The translations under genes were made by a program, and so were the position numbers. 64,000 nt of DNA. Origin: Harriotta raleighana. Lineage: Eukaryota. A model generated the notes under the pieces. It searched no databases. It saw only the letters and a list, made by a program, of their open reading frames with translations, and was not told the origin of the DNA. Positions 48,984-62,668 of this stretch are shown one piece after another (position 1 is the stretch's first letter; each line of letters opens with the position of its first letter). Location of the stretch: assembly GCA_050575255.1 (NCBI GenBank), contig JBNZDD010013732.1, positions 10,322,801 through 10,386,800 on the forward strand, written 5' to 3'.

Positions 48984-51900
48984 AAAGAAGTCTTTCTGAT
49001 TCAGCTGAGATAGTCACTCAATCAATTTTACACTAACAAATATGAAAAAGGCCCTTCACCAGACATCTTTCAGAAATCAGAGGAAGAAACAAGCAAGCAT
49101 ATGACATCTTTACATGACTTTAATTTTCCATACTAAAGAAGGTTACAGCTATTCAAGACAGTAATAGAATTGTGACACTGATCCATTCTGTCCTGACTTC
49201 ACACCTGTCATTCATAACAATGCAAATATAAGTCTTAAAAGAAACTAACTGCTCCAAATATTTTTGATCTGAAACTGCTCAAACATCTTTTTTATCCACC
49301 TACTAATTAAATAAATAAATAACAAAACATGACCTTCAGTTATAGCTGGTTAGAATTTTCCTACATTTACAAATATATGTTTGAATCAAATCATTTTATC
49401 ATCTATTTTCTTGTTTCTATCAGAGATAAAGGAAAACACAATGTAATTGGCAAGATGAATGGAGTCAGATTAAATGTGGCCAAGAAATTAATTGGTGGGG
49501 GGTGGGGTGGATTGGAACTAACAATGAAAAGATCATTTGTCATTTGTGTGCTGAAGCGCAGTGGAAAATGGCTGCTGCATAGTGATATATTGTTATACAT
49601 CATCGATAGGGTCCCTAGTGCCAGCCCCTTCCTTTAGCAAGCCTCCCTCCCCTTGTGCTTCAATTCACTTCAAATGAAGGTTATTAGTGATATTAACCAG
49701 CCAGAGTGCCCAAACTTCGCCTAGGGGTAGGGGTGGGACAGGAATTTGTAAGGCCTAATTTGTCTAATGCTCGGTAACAAAAGGAATGGGGCTTGTGCTG
49801 TGCATTAATACAGCATCAATCAAGGACTAACTGCCCTGACATATGTGATGAGGATAGGCTTAACTCAGCTCCAGTCTGCAGAGACAGCTGTGGTGATAAT
49901 AACCTCTATGAGGCTTATCTCTGTGCTGAAGTGAGAACCTCTTCTTCCCCACTGTATTCATTTTTCCCATATTGAGATTACACAGACACCAGTTTAATAA
50001 TATCAACCATTTTGGTAATTTTGTAACATTGTTGAAAGATATCCAAATTATAACCAGGATTGGATTTTCTAGTTTATTCAAAGAACAGTATTCACAATGT
50101 GGTATTTTTCCAATACAATACTAGATGTTTACTCCTCAGTAATATAGCACTCCAAGTGCCAAGTGCTTAAACAATTTCATACAAAGCCCTTTGATTGCCA
50201 TAACAAGAACTTTATAAGAATCAAAACAAAATTTACTCCGTTTATTTAAAAAAAACTGTCAATATGAGGTGGGATTCTTTCTGTTGCATTTTTTATCTTT
50301 TATATAATAAAATTTAAAAACCAAATGATAAAAGGGCCTTTTTTCAGGGAGATGGTGGTACTTCAACATGATGTTCTGAATAAGTGCTGTTTTGCAAATC
50401 AACAAGAGTTTTGATCATCTTAATTCAGCTTCTTTATTTTCTGTGAACAAGAACTCAAATTCCTTATTACAGTACTATCTTTTCATTATTTTCTTTTGAA
50501 AAGCTCCAGTCCTATTTTTTGAACAATCCAAACAAATTTTCCTTAAAATTCCAGGTTCTCAATTAATTATGTAGATCATTTCTGTGAATCTGTCAACTTC
50601 TCTTAAAATACCGTGACCTTTACATGTATAATGGGACGTGGACTAAGGATGCTGGTTTGGCTCAAATTTGCTAAGTTATTACATCCAGTTTATTTGTAGG
50701 CATACCCATCATTACATAGTCATAAAAGAAGTTATCTGGTGTGTTGGTGAGACACATAAACATAATTTATTATAATGTTATTTATGGCTTGTTTCAGCTT
50801 CTGAATAATATAATGAGACTCAGCAGCTGAAAAGGTAATCCTTTCATACACCAGTGTTGCCGTGTTTCCACAAGGGGAGAAGTGCAAATTTTTTCGGACA
50901 ATTGTGAAGGCTTTTAGTCCTTTCCCCACAGTAAGAGTTAATAATGCAGAGGAACGGGTATTCATTTCCACCTTGTTACCAATGGCAGAACTCAATGCTT
51001 AAAAGGTCAATTCTTATACATTTCACAGAAGCTGTCTTTCCAGGATGGCTTTCTGACATTGCTGTCATAAAGTGGTCTAATTTGAAATATTCTTGAAATA
51101 GGATTTGAAGCGATAAATGCAAGATTTGTTTGTAAATTCACAAAAGTCGGCCAAGTGCAAATAAGGCTGAAGAGTAAAAAAAATTGGTGAGCAATTAACC
51201 ATTTTGGAAAATGACAAATAAAATTGATTTCCATGTTAATAAAGAGAAGTGCCATTTAGTCCTCTCAATTATGAATGAGGAAAATCCAATTCCTATGTGG
51301 TTTTACCTTAGCTCCCCAAATGCTACCTCTGTCTCATCACACTTTAACAGGTCATTAAGAAGTCATTTTAGTTCAAAGTATAGTGAAGGTAGTATGGTTC
51401 CATTCACTTTTCTTCAATCATATTTTAATCAGACAAATGATGAATGAGTGTTCTTTTTAAGAAGCTTTGAATTTTTGAGCCATTGAAAATCAGGAATATC
51501 ACTCGTAGAAAATGTTAAATTCTGTCTTATTACTACTATAATTACTTCATAGAATTTAATTCCTTATGCACTCCACCCAGCAATTTATCTTAACTACAGA
51601 TACGTTAAAGGCAATTCCTATTTAGGAGTCCATTTTCCATTTTATTATTTGCTTTCTGAATGAGAATTCCAGTTTTATGCTGGCTTGTGGGTAGTGTATT
51701 TTGCACCTGCCCCACAAGGAACTGCAATGACTGAGAGCATTCACACATACAATATAAGACTCTCCAACTGGAAAAGGCAGACATTTATTGGTGATGTGAC
51801 ATATGTGTTTTCCTTGAAATTAAATTTATGGTTATCATCAACATTTGCCCTTCACTGCAAATTAAAATCAAATTACAAAATTACTCCACTCTGGGGCAAA

Positions 51901-52822
51901 AAATAACCTTTACCATCACGCTGGTATCAACACAAACAATGAATAGCAACAGGATCCAATATCTCATCATCCAGTTTATCTTTCAAACAATTTTTTTTAT
52001 ATAAAAGCCTTACTCTGACATTGGATTGAGAGTTATCAGTGTGTTCCATGGCTGAAACCATTCATTATGCACAGTGAGTGAATGATTGGCTGAGCAGGAG
52101 GCATTGGCAGCCAAAGTTGTGATAAGGAGCAGGCCTGTGGGACTATGTCTTGCTCTGGAGCTATCTATTTTGCTCTAGCCTTCAATTCAGTTTTGGCAGT
52201 AGGAAAGAAGGCAGATCTTCTGATTACTGAACTGGCTGAGCTGCACGTTTCAAACAAGTAGACATCTGACCCGAGTTCCTATCAGTTCATCAGTATTTAG
52301 TGTGATGTGAATCAATGCAGCCTCTGTCGTTTTTATAACTCTTAAAGAATTGCCATTTGTGCCCAAAGCATCAGCCAAAATTCATGGATATTCAGCGTTA
52401 AATGAGCTTGGAGCTTTACAAGGTGTAATTAAATGCTATATAAAAATATATTGCAACAAGATTACAGTATCAAAATTTGTGAGCTGCAATTTAAAGATGC
52501 AAATAATTATGGGTTGTAATCATCTTAAACCACACAAAATTAATGTTTAGCCTCTTTTCCACTCTATTTTTTAAATAAGTAATAAAGAGCAATCGAACCC
52601 ACAGCACGTTTGCAACAGGGCTTGATTGGAATGTCTGGTAAACTTCCCACTAATCTTCTTTCCAATTATTGCCAGGAAAAACATAGGTATTGCTAATACA
52701 TAATTATTGTTATTGTAACATTCAGTGATGTCTGTTAGAAGGTTGGAGTGTTAAAGAAGGATCACCTTCAAACGTTATGGCTAACAGAATAATGGTTAAT
52801 TTGCAGAGATACCAGCGGAGAA

Positions 52823-53375
52823 TAACAAAAACAGCAACTTGTATTTATGTAGCACCCTCCAAGATTCATATTTGAAATAGTGCTTTCGCTTCTGAGAATT
52901 TATGCATTTGCATAATTCTAGAAAACCTTTAGAGGTGAAGGGGGTTGATGGAGGGAGTTCCAAAGTTTCAGGGCGCAATGGTTGAAAGCATGGCAGGCAA
53001 TGATGGAGCGGAGGTTTCGGGGGATATGGAGGAGGCTGGACCCAGTAGAGCGGAGGCAGTGGGTACTGTTGTAAGGGGAGAGGTTAGAAAGTTAACGGGG
53101 GTGGGGTGCGTGGGGGCTGAGGTGTGGAGGGATTTCAATACAAGAGTGAGGATATTGAAGTCGATCCTCTCTGTGACAGGGAGCCAGTGGAGTTTGGCAA
53201 GGACTTGGGTAATCGGGGTACAAAGTTTGGTGCTAGTGAGAATGTGGGCGGCGGAGTTTTGAATGAGTTGCATTTTGTGAATGGTGGAGTAGAGGAGGCC
53301 TGCGAGGAGGGCATTGCAGTATTACAGCTGAAAGAAGACAAAGGCATGGACCAGGGTTTGGGTAGCTGTTGGGAT
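52823..53375 (-). mobile_element. L2 3' fragment (second subfamily)
   Basis: QLIQNSAAHILT...ITQVLAKLHWLPVTERIDFNILTLVLKSLH. The tail is at 52823-52860 and the 3' UTR is replaced by a 54-bp foreign segment. Confidence 0.88.
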
Positions 53376-53566
53376 GAGTTATTGACAGAGAAACTAGCCA
53401 GAGAATAGGAATAGAAGAGAAAATTGTTATTTCATCATGACAATGTCTTCTTTCTCAGGAAACAAAAGAGTCCGTAGAGCCTCTAAACATCTGGTGCCAC
53501 GTGCAGCCACTTCCTCTTTGATGCACAGTTATTACTTGGGTATGAGATAGAAATTCATATCTGAAA

Positions 53567-53760
53567 CACATAGACTTAGAGAAATGTACAGCAAAGGAGG
53601 TCTTTTGGCTGACTTGAGTCTGCATGGGCTCTCAGAGCAAGGTTTTCACTCAAACCCACTGCTAATCCCCATATCTCCCGCAAGCCTCTATTCTTCATAT
53701 ACTCTGCCTCCCTCTTGAAAACCACAATAGACTCTGCCTCTATCTTGCTTGGCAGGGCAA
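53567..53760 (-). mobile_element. CR1 3' UTR tail
   Basis: acatagacttagagaaatgtacagcaaaggaggtcttttggc...gcctccctcttgaaa. Confidence 0.65.
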
Positions 53761-54589
53761 ATAATGCAAACAGTCATTTATATTCAAATAAAATTGTATA
53801 CTCGCAAGCCAAAGAGTTCTGACCATCTGAGAAGCAAGTTACCAAAATCCGCCAGGAAAAACAAATGCTTATGAGAGCATCAAAGAGAGGAAACTGATCA
53901 AAGTGAAAGAATTCCACAATCACCTCAACAAGATGTAAAAAGAAGATTCCTCTGGATATATTTTTTTTGTCAGCTGACAACCTGTAGCTTCTTTGTAATG
54001 GAGAGCCACTCTATGTCAATGGTCAGATATTGACATTTACTATCCAGCCACAAGACAATCATTTTGCTGCCACAGCAGAGCTTTACCTCTGCTTTTGCAT
54101 CCTGTTTTGAAATGCAGAGCTAATAGAGTTACTCTGACAGCAGTAGTATAACATGGCAAAAGCCACACTTCGGAATCGCTCAGGTGTTAATTACTTCAGC
54201 TACTTCCAGTCACCAACACTCATCAGTGAAGCTGCTGGAATGTAAAGTAGGTGTACATGACACCTTATGTGGTGTTTCAAATTGAGCTGAATAGAAATTT
54301 AGAGAACCAAACAGATAATATTCAGCACATACCAATGTGATGGAATATAACAAATTGTCCGATGTTGCAATTTGAGGATTGAATAAAAATGTGACTGGGT
54401 TTTGAGAAAGAAGATTTTCAAGCTGTATCAAATTAAACTTGTAACTTTTTCTTTGTGCTAATAGTCAAATCTTTCAAGTTTCCCAAAGATTATCATGGTT
54501 CTTTGAGCAAGCAGTTGAGTGCAAATATGTCATTTTTTAAATATGCAGTACAGTATTATTTTGTGGATGAATACCAGATACTGTATTAA

Positions 54590-54730
54590 GTTCCCTGCTC
54601 TCAGATATTATAATTTGTTCCTGTGGTGGAGTTAGGAGCCAAACAAATTTGGTCAAGATTCCTGCTTCTAATTGTCATCCAGTAACTCACTGCTGGAAAA
54701 ATCTCATGGACATTGGGCCTGTGTCATTGT
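54590..54730 (+). mobile_element. Family X SINE fragment
   Basis: gattcctgcttctaattgtcatccagtaactcactgctggaaaa...tggacattggg. Confidence 0.5.
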
Positions 54731-54964
54731 GCACCTTGGAAACTGAGCCTGCTTCACAGTCTGTTTGCCAAAGCCCCTTATATGTGGTCATGCATTCAGC
54801 AGCTGAATAAGCCTGGTATGCCTTGACAACATCAGATGGCTGGCATGTCACAAGCTGAAGGGCCTCCCACCGCAATGAAGACAGATATTCATCAGATTTC
54901 TGATGGGGGAAATACTGAGACTTGGAACGACTGCTCTGGAAGGTGTTACCTCTAATATGAGTTT

Positions 54965-55028
54965 GTGAAGCGCTCTGAGATGCCGTCCGGTGTGGAGGGC
55001 GCTATATAAATTGAAGTTGTTGTTGTTG
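54965..55028 (+). mobile_element. Second-family L2 3' stub
   Basis: gaagcgctctgagatgccgtccggtgtggagggcgctatataaattgaagttgttgttg matches 23207-23260. Confidence 0.8.
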
Positions 55029-56589
55029 AACCCGTGTTTATATATCCAGGTCTTGGAATCTACCTTGATTGGTTTGCAGTGAGGGAAGCGACTGCTGCTT
55101 AAGGTCTGCACCTCCAAATGGTGGAACGATTACTCCATGGCAAGGGATGTGAATCCGAGGCAAGAAAAAGTTAAATGCTCTCATGCATTTCATGCTGAAC
55201 TGTATTGCCCACCAGGAAGCTCGCAGGTAGTACCTGGTACTTGTCATACAATGAATGATGGCTCAAACCTGTCAAATGACAAATTCGTAACTAGTTGGGG
55301 GGAGATAATCTGGGTATCATTAGACCTAAACTGGAGGCCATATTTACATTCCAAGGAGAGTTTATGCTCCTGCAAAAGCAATGTGTTGAACGCACATTAT
55401 TAAGTATTGGAACAATGCCTGCCACCAGTCAACTTGTTTATTTTGCCAGCAAGTGGTTGAAATATTATTATTATATTAAATGCAGGAATTATGATTATTA
55501 TTATTATTAAGACTTGCATTTGACACAGAGCCTTGTCAGATCTAAATATCTCAAAAGTCCTTCATTGAGTAACGGCTTTAAAATTATAATTTATATAAGA
55601 TCCTCCTTTTCTTCTGTTTCTCTAATGAATCTGAAGGCTTTCTGGACATAATAAGAATTTCCAGTACAAAATATGTGTGTCTTTCTGTAACTCAGTCTTT
55701 CATTCATGCAAATTCATAAATTCTCAAAGGGGAAAGCACTGTTTCAAATATAAGTCTTGCAATTATTTATTAATTGTTTATGTGAGATTTAAAAATTGTA
55801 TAATTCAAATATTTAAATTATGCTCTTCTATGTTATTTGTTAGAAGACTGAATTGTATTGTGATCACAACCATTACAAGCTGGGCTCACCACTCCCACCA
55901 CACCTGCTGTTGCTGAGTTTAGTTCGGATCAACATAATTCAAATTACTTAATTTTCCTAATGTAAATGCGGCTTAGAGTATTTGTTTACACAAGCAATTT
56001 TACTGTTATTTCAAGTCAGATTGCCTTGAGCTTCTCCCAGTGCAAACAAAGTAAGCTGAAAATATAGTTCAGATGAAGAGCTAGAGGCACTTGAGACTCA
56101 AGAGCAGTGCTTGTATTACCCTCACATGTGACTTTTAACAGTCTTCTGTAAGTGAGGTTGTAATTAGCTCAGCTTCATAGCACAGCCTTGAATTATTGGT
56201 GGAACTGTAATTACCTGCCATATTAAGTTATCTGTGGGTATATATATAAAAATAAAGCTGATACCTTAACACATGCCACTGCAACTAAACTCCTGCAGAA
56301 CCCTCCAGCCTCAATTAACTGATCCAAAATGAGCTACTGTACAGTAACTGCAATTGACAGTCAAATCCTTTTAATTATTTTGCATTTAACAGCATCTGCA
56401 ACTCCAGCAGGGAAGAATACCATGAAAATAGAAGTGAAGCACAATGTGATGCCACTTCGGAAAATCTCTCCCCTCCTCCAGACTTACCAGAACAATACTT
56501 TGACCATTTACGCAAACCAAAGGCTGCGGAAATGGAAATCTTTATCAAAATGAAAGCTCATGAAATGGGATTGAAAAATAATTTTTTTC

Positions 56590-57012
56590 GGTCAGCTTGG
56601 TTCAGTGATAGCATTCTTGCCTCAAAGTCAGAAGGTTGTAGGTTCAAATGTCACATCGGGACATCAACTCATAGTCAATACAGGCTTGGGGTTGCGTTGC
56701 ATTGTTGGAGTTGCTGTTTTTTAGATAAAATGTTAAACTGAGGTCCTGTCTGCCTGTTCAGGTCAATGTTAAAGATCCCATGGCAAGTATTTGAAAAGAG
56801 AATGGAGTTCTCCCGATGTCCTAGAAACAATATCCCAAATAAAATTCTCCATTTGTTTAACATAACTTTCAGCAAGTTGTTTGGAGGACATTCTAGTGCA
56901 CAATTGTACTGACGCGTTTGCCTACAAATACACAGTCATTCCATTTCACAGTAAAAGCTGTGAAGCTCTTCGAGACATCCTTCTGATATGATAAGACACA
57001 ATACAAATACTG
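56590..57012 (+). mobile_element. SacSINE1-like SINE
   Basis: ggtcagcttggttcagtgatagcattcttgcctcaaagtcagaaggttgtaggttcaaat, taaactgaggtcctgtctgcc, aaagatcccatggca and tail. Confidence 0.85.
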
Positions 57013-57066
57013 TACAAGCATTATAATTAGAATGAATAGGAGATAGCAAACATAAAAACCCTGGAG

Positions 57067-57770
57067 AACAAACAAACAAATTACACTTATATAGCGCATT
57101 TCTTGTCAGGAGGACATCCCAAGGCACTGGACATCAGGGATCTGAGCTGCTGGTTGGGGTCTGGAGGGTTAGAGGGTAGGAGGAGGCATGATCAAAGAAG
57201 AGTGGTCTTAAGAAGGATCTTGAAGGAGGCAAGNGACATCAGGGATCTGAGCTGCTGGTTGGGGTCTGGAGGGTTAGAGGGTAGGAGGGTAGGGGTAGGC
57301 ATGATCAAAGAAGAGTGGTCTTAAGAAGGATCTTGAAGGAGGCAAGGGACGGATGGAGTTCCAGAGGGTGGGGACAGAGTGGTTGAAGCTCACCTGCCAA
57401 CGGTGGGGTGGGAGAGCCAGAGGATTGAAGCAGGACAGAGCCCACTGAGTGAAGGGAGCAGGCAGGTTTGTGGGGGATTAGGAGGTCGCAGAGGTAGAGG
57501 GGAGCAATCATGGAGGGCTTTGAAAGTGAGAAACTGTATCCTCTGTGTGATGGGAAGCCAGTTGAGTTGGCCAAGGATCGGTGTGATAGACTCACAGAGC
57601 CTGGTGCAGGAGAGGACACAGGCTGCAGAGTTCTGGATGATCTGCAGCCTATGGAGGAAGGAATTGGGGAGGCTGACAAGCAGGGAGTTTCCACAATGGA
57701 GCCTGGATGTTATGAATGCATGTCTAAGGGTCTCAGCGGCCTGCATTGTGAGACTGTGAGGCTGTGGGCA
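57067..57770 (-). mobile_element. L2 3' fragment (contains an assembly duplication at N57234)
   Basis: AAETLRHAFITSRLHCGNSLLVSLPNSFLHRLQIIQNSAACVL...LNWLPITQRIQF. Confidence 0.92.
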
Positions 57771-57789
57771 GCACGGAAAACCGAAGGGA

Positions 57790-58185
57790 GAGGTTCAGAG
57801 AGGGACACTAAAAGCTTGCCTCCCAACAGCCAGCAAACATTGTTTGGGCTCCAGGACTTTAACATAAGTGAGATTCTGGACAGGCTCAAGGGGTTTAAAA
57901 CTAACAATTCCCCTGGATGAAATGTACCCCTCAATATAGTACTTAGGGAGATAAGGCTACAGTTTGATTCTGTATCTATAATGTCTGTCTGTTGGTGCAG
58001 CACATATCAAACTAGCAAATATCAGCCTGACCTCAAAAATTGGAAAACACATGGAGTCAATCATCAGTGAGGAAGTGGAAGATTACCTATTTAAAAATAA
58101 TAAAGAAATTGGCACCCAACATAGGTTCAAAAATGTAAGTGTTGTCTGACCAACCTCATAGACTTTTCTGGAGGCAGTGAAAACC
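57790..58185 (+). mobile_element. CR1 ORF2 fragment (same family as the 33.6-36.6 kb copy)
   Basis: ccagcaaacattgtttgggctcc...gattctggacaggctcaaggggtttaaaactaacaa matches 33937-34062; peptide EILDRLKGFKTNNSPG. Confidence 0.75.
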
Positions 58186-59299
58186 ACAATAATGCACACC
58201 TGAACAAGTATAAACCAGTCAACCCACAAAACCAAAACAAGATACCACATAACTTTCAGCAAGTTAGTGTTTAATTCATCAACTTCAATCAAAATTTTAT
58301 CAGTTTCATCAGAAACAATTATTACATTTTTATTTCCTTTTTATTGGTACATTCGCATTCAGAAAAATGCAAAGCAAAAAAGACACAAAAGGACAGAGAA
58401 GGGAAGAAGGGACTGTTATATTATATGTGAGGGTCTTTCATTTGATTTCCCCAATTTAATTCAGCAGAAACCTGGAATCCCACTAACCAGCTGTTGAGCA
58501 GAAGTGCAAGTATGTCATTATCAAAAAAAACATTGGTAGGCCCACCGCCTACACATCTAAGACTGTTTGCTGTGATAAGTATAGAATATATTGATAAATT
58601 GAGCCAATAATAGTTTAATACACAGTTCTAAATTCAACATGATTCCACTATGAGGAAGGGAAGGGATGCTGGAGCAATAAAAATAACTATTAGTGTCAGT
58701 ACATAAAGATGCATCAGATGTGAATGCTTTATAGAAGCCAAAGTGATAAAGTGGAGCTATGCTTGTGCACCCACACTTGTGAGATAAATTGCTCAGAAAG
58801 AGTGTGAACTGAAAATGTTTGAAAACATTTTGTTTTATTATGTTGAAACGCTAACCTCAAATAGCATAAATATTATTTCATCACTATAGCAGACTAACTA
58901 TCCCTTCTGCCATGTACAATATCAGCCTAGCTCGCTCTCTCTGCTGTCCTAGAAGACTTTCTGTCAATGTTACATGGGCTCAATTTCCCACCTGGTTGAT
59001 TTTACCGAGCCTATTTAATAAAAATGGCTGCTTCTTACTGACACAGACTTTCTCATGTCATCTATCACCTTGTTATAAAATACCTGCCTGTCCATGCTGT
59101 GATATATATATTTTTTAGAAGAAGCTGCAAACGGAGAAAACAGCAGCTGAAATACAGTGCATGACTGCGTGGCAAAACAGCTTCAGGAATTTGCTAATCT
59201 GCCATTTATACACTTGAAGTGCCATATTTTCCAATTTGCTATCTCTCTCTGCTGTCTTCAATGAAAACCGTGTCCCATTTTGTTTTCAAGGGGGCGGGG

Positions 59300-59700
59300 G
59301 CTGGTCAGCCAGGTGTCTGACACATTTGGAAACCCATCACTATGCTTAAGAATATCCAAATCAAACTGAGAGTTCCATGCATCCCACCTATACATGGAAA
59401 TTCCAGAGATATTCGTGGAATTCAATGCACACTCTATCCCTGGAGAGACATAACCTACGTATCTAATACTAGAGAGTATTGGGCACAGGTTGGCAAGAGC
59501 CAAGATTTGGGCACCTGGAATGTGAGGTACTGCGAATCCAACTACTTAGTTATAACTACACAGATAGTCATTGAATGTAGTGTCTGGCAAGCTTTTCAGC
59601 TGTTTATCCAGCTCAGACTACCTTACCTCGTTAGGACTTTGGCTTGCAGGGTTAGCAGGAGATGAGTGGGAAGAATCCCTGTTCCATGACTCATCTGCCC
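59300..59700 (-). repeat. Family Y repeat, copy 2
   Basis: Reverse complement is colinear with 5290-5630 over about 350 bp. Confidence 0.75.
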
Positions 59701-60205
59701 TTCCAAGTCCTGGCTGGGCTGTCTTCAGCAGTGCCCTGAAATAGTGTTGTCCCACTGGCTCAAGGAACTGGACAACTGAACCATTACAGAGGATTGGCTC
59801 GATTCTAATATTCCATTGCCAATTCAGCCCCAGGAAGTTCTGTTTATCTTTACACCCCTCCCCTCACCCGGAGGATAGTCATTAGCTAGTACAGTATTTG
59901 AATCTGACAAGCATGGGTTTGAGCCTCACTGGGTGGATGGTAGCTACCAGGAACTCTCTACGAGCATGAGAGCATTCTTTTGAAGAGACACTGACGTTAG
60001 TGAGATCCCTCTATAGTTCTGTCTCACAAGGGACAGCCTTGTGGATAGATTTCTTGTGGATAGATACCACAATTGCACTAGGAAGGCTAAAAGAGAGCAT
60101 AGCTCACAGAAAGTCCTATTGATCAGTGCTTGGAGAGCAGCTCCAAAGCGAGTTTAGGTAGGCAAAATGTGTCCCTCAGAGAAAAGAGTGTGCATTCCAC
60201 TCTAT

Positions 60206-60275
60206 AACAACAACAACAAAATTACATTTGTATAGTGCCTTTCACATCAGGAGGATGTACCAAGGCACTGGACAG
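60206..60275 (-). mobile_element. L2 3' stub
   Basis: aacaacaacaacaaaattacatttgtatagtgcctttcacatcaggaggatgtaccaaggcactggacagt. Confidence 0.88.
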
Positions 60276-62023
60276 TTTACATTTGTAATTGGCATGACTG
60301 TATTTCTTACTTTAGTTTGGATGCTCTTAAGAATGGTGAACACCCAGCTGAAAAAAAAACTTACATCTTCCAGAAAAAGGTATTTGGATAGTTATTAGAA
60401 GTGATGAGAAGCTATCAGAAGCGCTCTAGCTCATTTCCTTCCTACCTAGCCTGCTTTTTAATAAATAGAATGCCTCCCCACACATATCATGAAGAAACGG
60501 TCATAAAAGTCACTGAGCATCTTCTCTTCAGAATTAGGGATTAATTTTGTCTTCATCAGCTCGTGACAATGTTATTTACCTGAGAGCACTGCTCATATGT
60601 TTATGGTTCTTTTGGTAAGAGTGCCCAGTGAAAATAATCCCACTTGTTGAAAAACATACTGAAAGAGACTTTCAATTTGTTGCACAAAATTAGTTAATGT
60701 GAGGAATGCATTATCATAATGTATGACTCAAGCCAAATTGGGAAGTGGAATGTTGTGTGCAAGTGAAAAACACCAAATCGGCGTTCCATTCCCTTAATCT
60801 GACATTATCCAGCAGCAGCAACAACAACTTGAATTTATCCCTTCACATAAAGTAACTTTCCAGGGGGCTTTGAAGACGTCCTCTTTTGTCTCATTGCAAA
60901 GCCAGTGATGATGACAGAAATGGTCATAACAATCCAAATTCAGCCGTGCTTCAACTAGGAGATATAGCCTCTGCAGTCCTCCACTACAGTGTCTGTAGGT
61001 AGGTTCCTTTGAGATCTCATCCTAGATTAAAATTTTCAATCTACTTCATTTCTGACACTAAAGAATTAATAGAGTTTGGCGCTGACAGATACTGCTGCCA
61101 GCTACTCTGGAGACCAAATCTCCCAGTGTCAGTCAGATGCCTTCGAAGCCGCAGCTCCTGCAGTGACTTCAATTCAGAGAGACAAAAAGTGAATCTGCCG
61201 TCTGAACTCTTCTAAATGTCAAACTTCAACTAAGGTTTCCTTATTATCACAGTAATTCTCAGCTGCTACTGTTAGAAGTGTCTGCAAGCAAGATATTGTC
61301 TGACAGGTAGGAGAGGCACAGCAACCCATTACAAGCAACTACCTCACCTCACATGCATGTTTGTCTTTCTGCACTTGTTAAGCATGTAGATGTCAACCAA
61401 AATATGAATCTTATGTTGGTTTATAAGGCCATTCAAAGCTGCTCAGTTTCTATGCTGTATTGTTATCTTATGTACCCTCTCCAAAAATGTTGCATCACTT
61501 TCTCAGATAAACAAAACAGGAATTTGAGACGGTTGTATCACCCTTACATGCAGTCCCACAATATGGCTCGCTTTCCCTTGCAGTGTAATGGACTGTGTTC
61601 AATCCTCAATAATGAATGCAAGTCCCTATAACTAGGTGTAACTTGACTAATGGGTTCTTCCACAATGACAGCTACTACCAATTGCTATTTAAATCAACAC
61701 AAATAGGGAAGCTTCAGTCAATCAGAGGGTTATTTTACACCTCTGTGACCTAGGCTGAACCTGTTTGTGTATTCCCTCCTTCTTTGATTTACACAGAAAG
61801 CTCAAGTTAAACATGGTTAAGTTAGTTGAATGGAATTTTATTGTATCTTCGATGAAATCCACAAGCCTCGGCATTAAATCTTAAACAGCACGATAAATAT
61901 CAACAAACACAACAGTGAGATAACAAACATTAATCACACTTAAACTACACATGTTAGCAGCCACTTGTAATTAAGTTAATGTAAAGTGCACGAAAAACCA
62001 ACCACTGAATACTACTCATCAAT

Positions 62024-62343
62024 AGGAGTCCTGTAGCTCAGTGATTAGAGTACTCGCCTTACAAGCATGAGACCCTTGTTTGAATCTAGGCAGGTGAACA
62101 GAAAACTTTGGGCAAGTTTCCTTACTCCACATGCCTAATAATAATCCCTCCAAAAAAAAACACAATAATAAAATTGGTCATTTCAATCCACGACTGTTTG
62201 TGGGACACTGCTGTGCGCAATTGGCTGCTGCGTTTTGTCCACAAATATACAGTCAATTCACTTTACAGTACATTCTGTGAAGCGCTTTGGGACGTATAGA
62301 AGATGTGAAAAAGCGTTATATCAAATACAAGGATTATTATTAT
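62024..62343 (+). mobile_element. Full-length tRNA-derived Deu SINE
   Basis: ggagtcctgtagctcagtgattagagtactcgccttacaagc...tgtttgtgggacactgctgtgcgcaattggctgc...aaatacaaggattattatt. Confidence 0.92.
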
Positions 62344-62538
62344 AGTTTTAGAGCACATAGCTTTGTTGGCATCAGGTAGAGAAATGACACACGGAACTTG
62401 TTCTTTTATGACATTAAGCCCATCTCTGAATTAGAGTACCCAATGGTAATTGTATTTCATCAATTACTTGATGTAATTAGAGGCTTTCTTATGGTCCAAT
62501 CAAAATCTTCCTTTAAGTGACTCAAGAGGGAAACAATG

Positions 62539-62668
62539 AACAAAACACAAAATACTGCAGATGCTGGAAATCTGAAACAAAGATAAACAGAGTTGGGAAA
62601 ACTCAGCGGGTCAGGCAGCATCTATGAAGAAAGGAAAGTGAGTCAACATTTCGGGTCCACGCCCCTTG
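62539..62668 (-). mobile_element. Penelope-like terminal fragment truncated within the hammerhead
   Basis: aacaaaacacaaaatactgcagatgctggaaatctgaa...gtgagtcaacatttcgggtccacgcccctt aligns with the reverse complement of 24304-24433. The CUGANGA box is missing. Confidence 0.85.

Noticed and set aside
55130-55345. LF-SINE copy on the minus strand
   Set aside because: Only patchy similarity to my recollection of the consensus; it needs an HMM search.
57130-57353. ~105 bp tandem duplication in the L2 3' UTR
   Set aside because: The copies straddle N57234 and differ by one small indel, consistent with two haplotypes.
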